Positions 59,744 through 64,000 of a stretch of DNA of 64,000 bases are shown piece by piece (position 1 is the first letter of the stretch; each line of letters opens with the position of its first letter). Origin of the DNA: an uncultured Alphaproteobacteria bacterium. GTDB taxonomy: Bacteria; Pseudomonadota; Alphaproteobacteria; MPNO01; UBA830. The stretch covers positions 6,927 through 70,926 of the forward strand of contig CAJWSW010000004.1 in assembly GCA_913046035.1 (NCBI GenBank), written 5' to 3'. A program made the translations under genes and the position numbers. The notes beneath the pieces were generated by a model. That model saw nothing but the letters and a program-made list of their open reading frames with translations. It searched no databases and had not been told where the DNA came from.

Positions 59744-60073
59744 AAGGTTGCATAGCCATTAGCTCGACGTCCAGAATCACGAGCAATAAAAAGCAGCGGT
59801 TCCATACGCTATTAAGATATAGTATTCCCCGGTTAATCTTTTTTGGTGCACATTCGGTCGGTACTACAGAAATAGTCCCTGTGGGAATCGTCGTAAAACC
59901 CAAAAGTTCCGCCGTCTCTTTACGATAACTCCGCTGTAAGCTTATTGGACGAATTATAAAAATATGACAATTCTGGCTCGCGAAGCACCTCGGGAAAAGG
60001 CAACCAATTTCATCAAAACGCTCAACTACCGTGGCTTGCTTCGACGTGAAATCAACAAAACTTAAGGTTATTA

Positions 60074-60613
60074 ATGAAAAATGAAATGCCCGATATTGAC
60101 GTTGTCTTCGATGCAGAAACTATTGCGGAACGCATTGAGACCCTAGCGGCAGAAATTGCAGAAAAGCTGCCGGAAAATCTCCTTGTTATAGTGGTTCTTA
60201 AAGGAAGCTTTGTATTCGCAGCGGATCTACTTCGGGCTCTAGACAGGGTCGGCATGCGCCCAACTGTAGATTTCATTACGCTGTCCAGCTACGGCCTCCG
60301 CACTGAAAGTTCCGGTAATGTTGAACTTACCCGGGACATATCAGAGAATGTTAAAGGGCGTTGCGTAATGATCGTGGACGACATTTTGGATACCGGCCGG
60401 ACCTTAGCCTTCGCGAAGGATCTGATGACAGCTCGCGGAGCTCAGGCGGTGCATTCCTGCGTGCTTTTGGACAAATACGAAAAGCGCGAGGTATCTATCA
60501 AAGCCGATTATGTTGGCTTTCCCATCGATGATTTTTTTGTTGTCGGTTACGGCATCGACATGGCCCATTTATTTAGAAGCCTTCCGTTTATAGGGGTGGT
60601 TCGTAAGAAATAA
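60074..60613 (+). CDS. hpt: hypoxanthine phosphoribosyltransferase
   Basis: VMIVDDILDTGRTL PRPP-binding motif. 179 aa. Confidence 0.9.
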   Translation: MKNEMPDIDVVFDAETIAERIETLAAEIAEKLPENLLVIVVLKGSFVFAADLLRALDRVGMRPTVDFITLSSYGLRTESSGNVELTRDISENVKGRCVMIVDDILDTGRTLAFAKDLMTARGAQAVHSCVLLDKYEKREVSIKADYVGFPIDDFFVVGYGIDMAHLFRSLPFIGVVRKK

Positions 60614-60653
60614 ATGACGCGGTCCGGCACCTCGGAAAGGCCTCACCCTATAC

Positions 60654-61922
60654 CTAGCCAGTAAAAATCCAATCAGGCACAATGTCCATTTTGATAAGTT
60701 GATCATAGTCAAGGCGAGGTCTTACAACAGCATACTGATCACCTTTAACCAAAATTTCTGGGATCAACGGCCGCGAATTGTATGTTGATGACATAACCGC
60801 GCCGTAGGCTCCTGCCGACCGAAACAAAAGTAGATCGCCGGCGTCTATTTCCGGCATGGCTCGTTGAACAGCAAATACGTCACCGGTTTCGCACACGGGC
60901 CCGACGATATCGATCGGCGACAACGGTGTCTCAGCAGTTTTCTCAACGACAAAGTCGATGTCATGCCACGCGTCGTAGAGCGTAGGTCGGATCAGATCGT
61001 TCATCGCCGCATCAACGATCGCAAAACGTCGGCCGCCGCTCTCTTTGACATAGATAACCTCTGAAACGAGTATACCCGCCTCTCCGGTTAAGCGGCGTCC
61101 TGGCTCAAAAGTCAACGCCAGTTTCATATCACCGAATACGGTCTGGACGATTTCGGCATAATCATTCAACGCAGGGGGGTTCTCGTCTCGGTACACAATC
61201 CCAAGCCCGCCGCCAAGATCAACCCGGTCGACAGAATATCCCTGCATCCTCAGGTCATTAATTAAGTTAGCAACCTTCTCAAAAGCAGCAAGAAACGGAT
61301 CCAAGCGTGTCAGCTGCGATCCGATATGTACCGCCAGACCCCGCGCATCTATTGCCTCTAAGGCTTCGGCTCGGGCATAGACCTCACCAATCTGCTCAAA
61401 CTCAATACCGAACTTGTCACCGGCGCGACCTGTTGAAATTTTGTCATGTGTTTCAGCGTCCACGTCAGGATTAACGCGAAAAACGACCGTCGCGGTCTTA
61501 CCCAAATCGGCGGCTACAGCCGACAGCAGTTCAAGCTCGGGCCTCGATTCAACATTAAATTGCCCACAACCAAACTCTAGCGCCGTAGTCAATTCAGCAC
61601 GCGACTTACCGACACCCGAAAACACAATTTTATCGGGTGATATACCGGCCGCCAAAGCACGACGCAACTCACCTTCTGAGACAACATCGGCGCCGGCGCC
61701 AAGGTTTGCAAACAATCGAATAACTGCCTGATTGCTGTTGGATTTAACGGCGTAGCAAATTTCCTTATCTAGCCCGTCAAAAGCGCCTACGAAACTGCGA
61801 TAATTTTGTTCTAATGCCTCCGCGGAATAGCAATAAAAAGGCGTGCCAACGTTACGCGCCATATCGTTAATCGAGACGTCTTCACAGAACAAAACACCGC
61901 CGCAATAAGAGAATTGAGTCAT
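60654..61922 (-). CDS. lysA: diaminopimelate decarboxylase
   Basis: The ATG at 61922 gives MTQFSYCGG. YAVKSN (PLP lysine), GGGLG and CETGD motifs are present. Confidence 0.92.
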   Translation of the reverse strand: MTQFSYCGGVLFCEDVSINDMARNVGTPFYCYSAEALEQNYRSFVGAFDGLDKEICYAVKSNSNQAVIRLFANLGAGADVVSEGELRRALAAGISPDKIVFSGVGKSRAELTTALEFGCGQFNVESRPELELLSAVAADLGKTATVVFRVNPDVDAETHDKISTGRAGDKFGIEFEQIGEVYARAEALEAIDARGLAVHIGSQLTRLDPFLAAFEKVANLINDLRMQGYSVDRVDLGGGLGIVYRDENPPALNDYAEIVQTVFGDMKLALTFEPGRRLTGEAGILVSEVIYVKESGGRRFAIVDAAMNDLIRPTLYDAWHDIDFVVEKTAETPLSPIDIVGPVCETGDVFAVQRAMPEIDAGDLLLFRSAGAYGAVMSSTYNSRPLIPEILVKGDQYAVVRPRLDYDQLIKMDIVPDWIFTG

Positions 61923-61935
61923 GCAAAAAACGCCT

Positions 61936-62049
61936 TCATCGCATGGTCGGATACTGAGTTGGCAACTTTGGTGACCCGGGTAATGGTTCAATCTCTCTTG
62001 GCTTCTTGCCACAAGCTACGATTGAGAGACCAAGTAACAAGACGGTCAT
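61936..62049 (-). CDS. small lipoprotein (LptM/YifL-like) between argH and lysA
   Basis: 37-aa ORF MTVLLLGLSIVACGKKPREIEPLPGSPKLPTQYPTMR with an IVAC lipobox and a Pro-rich tail. It lies 23 nt after the argH stop and 13 nt before the lysA start, and is below the track size cutoff. Confidence 0.5.
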   Translation of the reverse strand: MTVLLLGLSIVACGKKPREIEPLPGSPKLPTQYPTMR

Positions 62050-62072
62050 AGTGGTGTAAATCCAGCGAATTG

Positions 62073-63500
62073 TCATGATAGAAAACGCTCCCGGGCCGAA
62101 ACAATCTGCAAACGAACGTTATCAGGAGCAGTCCCGCCAAAGCTAGTGCGGCTGCGGACAGAATTATCCACACCAAGAACGTTGAAAACGCCCTCTGTTA
62201 TCCGGATATCGATGGCCGACATATCGGAAAGAGCAAGGTCCTCAATACGACAAGCTTTATCTTCCGCTAGGGCAACAACACGGCCGGTAATGCTATGTGA
62301 CTCCCGGAAGGGTATACCCGCCTCGCGCACCAGCCAGTCTGCGAAATCAGTTGCAGTCGTAAATCCTTCTCCCGCTGCCGTGGCGAGGCAATCGCGATCG
62401 AAAGTAAGGTTTTTTACCATACCTGCTGTCGCTGTAAGGCATACAGTGAGTGTCTCTGCTGCGTCAAATACAGGCTCCTTGTCCTCTTGCATGTCCTTTG
62501 AGTAGGCAAGCGGCAACCCTTTCATAACCGACGAAAGCGCAGTGAATGCCCCTATAACGCGGCCTGTTTTACCTCGTATCAATTCTGCCGCGTCAGGGTT
62601 TCGCTTTTGCGGCATCATTGAAGAGCCAGTAGAGAAGGCATCGGACAACCGCACAAAACGGAACTGCGCTGAAGACCAAATTACAAGCTCCTCGCCCAGT
62701 CGCGACAAGTGCCCGGCGCAGATTGCAGCTGCCGCCAGATATTCAAGCGCAAAATCCCTGTCTGAGACAGAATCGAGGGAATTATAAGTCGGACGATCAA
62801 AACCCAATGCGAAAGCCGTTGATGCTCTATCGATCGGAAATGATGTTCCCGCCAGAGCACCGGCACCTAAAGGACTCTCATTTAATCGGGACCGCGCATC
62901 AAAAAATCGCCCTCGGTCGCGTCCAAACATTTCGACATATGCGAGCAAATGATGTCCGACTGTTATTGGCTGCGCGGCCTGGAGATGCGTAAACCCGGGC
63001 ATTACCCAGTCGGCATGGGCCTCGGCCTGGTCAATCAGCACCTCTTGAAGGATTTTTAAGGCTTCATCTGCAGTATCGATTGCATCCCGCACCCATAATT
63101 TAAAATCCGTCGCCACCTGATCATTGCGCGACCGAGCCGTATGTAACCTAGCGGCTGCATCACCTATCATATCAGTAAGCCGCGCCTCGATATTCATATG
63201 TATGTCTTCAAGGTCAGTTCGGAAATCGAACCTCCCATCTTCGATCTCTGTAAGAATTTCATCGAGCCCCGCACAGATTGCCTCCACATCATCAGCGGAT
63301 AAAATCCCGACGTCCCCTAACATTCGGGCGTGTGCTTTAGAACCAGCGATATCCTGCGTATACAGCCTCTTGTCAAAGCCGACCGAAACGTTAATTCTCT
63401 CCATAAGAGCGCTCGGGGCTGCGGTAAATCGCCCACCCCACATCCGGTTTGACATGCTGTCTGCGCTCCCAGCGCCATCAAGAGTAGGTTTTTTGCTCAT
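62073..63500 (-). CDS. argH: argininosuccinate lyase
   Basis: [12 protein letters not shown] signature. 475 aa. Confidence 0.95.
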   Translation of the reverse strand: MSKKPTLDGAGSADSMSNRMWGGRFTAAPSALMERINVSVGFDKRLYTQDIAGSKAHARMLGDVGILSADDVEAICAGLDEILTEIEDGRFDFRTDLEDIHMNIEARLTDMIGDAAARLHTARSRNDQVATDFKLWVRDAIDTADEALKILQEVLIDQAEAHADWVMPGFTHLQAAQPITVGHHLLAYVEMFGRDRGRFFDARSRLNESPLGAGALAGTSFPIDRASTAFALGFDRPTYNSLDSVSDRDFALEYLAAAAICAGHLSRLGEELVIWSSAQFRFVRLSDAFSTGSSMMPQKRNPDAAELIRGKTGRVIGAFTALSSVMKGLPLAYSKDMQEDKEPVFDAAETLTVCLTATAGMVKNLTFDRDCLATAAGEGFTTATDFADWLVREAGIPFRESHSITGRVVALAEDKACRIEDLALSDMSAIDIRITEGVFNVLGVDNSVRSRTSFGGTAPDNVRLQIVSARERFLS

Positions 63501-64000
63501 GTTTCGTTTCTGCTTTGTTTCCGCAATTAAAAAAAAAGGTCAGATAATTGCCGGTACAGTCGTCTGCGTCTCGATAATGGCTATAATTGGCGCTTATTCA
63601 AGCATATACGCAAATGAGAAACATGTTTCTGCTCCCCCTTTAACCGGTTCGATGGAGAAATTCCGGCCGGCCTTGGCCCCCTCTGCTCTACCTGAAACAA
63701 TTTTCACTGACGAAAACGGCGACAAACTCACCCTCAAAAATTTCAGGGGAAAAATTATCTTAGTGAATTTCTGGGCGACTTGGTGCGGACCATGCGTTCG
63801 CGAAATGCCGTCGTTGAGGCGTTTGCACAACGAGCTCAAAGGTCCTGATTTTACTGTGATAGCACTTTCTGAGGATCGCATTGGTTGGCAGAAGATCGGA
63901 ACGTTCCGAGATAAACTCAACCTTGGAGAACTGCCTCTTTATCACGACGTAGATTCGAAGATGATGTACGCCGCAAAGGCACGTGGCCTTCCGACGACAC
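63499..64000 (+). CDS. TlpA-family thiol:disulfide oxidoreductase (partial, runs off the right edge)
   Basis: [13 protein letters not shown] thioredoxin motif. The frame is open from the ATG at 63499, which supplies a KKK plus 22-aa hydrophobic anchor. The alternative ATG at 63577 lacks an anchor. Confidence 0.75.
   Translation, partial: MFRFCFVSAIKKKGQIIAGTVVCVSIMAIIGAYSSIYANEKHVSAPPLTGSMEKFRPALAPSALPETIFTDENGDKLTLKNFRGKIILVNFWATWCGPCVREMPSLRRLHNELKGPDFTVIALSEDRIGWQKIGTFRDKLNLGELPLYHDVDSKMMYAAKARGLPTT

Noticed and set aside
59682-59903. 73-aa ORF overlapping the ftsE start, and a 33-aa ORF at 59964-60065 in the ftsE/hpt divergent region.
   Set aside because: The first overlaps ftsE and has no SD or motif. 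The second is too short and featureless to support.
61988-62176. 62-aa track ORF spanning the argH 3' end and the argH-lysA spacer.
   Set aside because: It overlaps argH by about 100 nt in another frame. The 37-aa lipobox ORF in a different frame explains the spacer better.
1-64000. Search for tRNA, rRNA, CRISPR arrays, IS elements, integrases, phage or defence genes across the window.
   Set aside because: I saw no T-loop/acceptor-like GGTTCGAATCC-type motifs in intergenic DNA. There are no regularly spaced repeats and no transposase-, integrase- or recombinase-like ORFs. The only repeats are the short ones reported. This was scanning by eye only, so tRNAscan or Infernal should confirm.

Overview
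A 64-kb chromosomal segment whose gene content and synteny look alphaproteobacterial: petABC, ctc-pth-ychF, metXW, chorismate mutase-hisC-tyrC, DUF1285-NUDIX-CCA, ftsEX, argH-lysA. GC is about 50% by eye. The compact layout suggests a free-living, possibly marine, lineage, but that is inference only. I call about 70 protein genes. Many are translationally coupled through ATGA or GTGA stop/start overlaps. I recognise no rRNA, tRNA, CRISPR array, transposase, integrase, phage or defence genes, so there is no obvious mobile or defence island. Most of the window is core metabolism and cell biology: proline, heptose, lipoprotein maturation, PRPP, translation factors, the bc1 complex, heme, methionine and aromatic amino acid synthesis, PHB, cell division, and lysine/arginine synthesis. 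Four accessory-looking metabolic modules are worth follow-up. (1) At 24.2-32.9 kb, a TetR-linked PaaA/PaaB/PaaC-type diiron oxygenase cluster has a split PaaD and a nitroreductase and crotonase, but no PaaE or any other paa gene. It faces a convergent operon of an alpha/beta hydrolase, an MBL hydrolase and two hotdog ORFs. (2) At 33.1-37.8 kb, a tight operon encodes malate synthase G, an AAE3/Pcs60-type oxalate-CoA ligase and a PanE-family reductase. This reads as an oxalate-to-malate route. (3) At 9.9-14.3 kb, mtnP and mtnA lie next to a class II aldolase-SDR fusion, possibly a fused DHAP-shunt variant. (4) At 38.0-42.4 kb, a phaR / short phaC / phaA / phaB locus has a perfect 11-bp inverted repeat and a small ORF that overlaps phaC out of frame. 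All product calls rest on motif and family recognition by eye from the translations. No searches were run, and start codons are best guesses.
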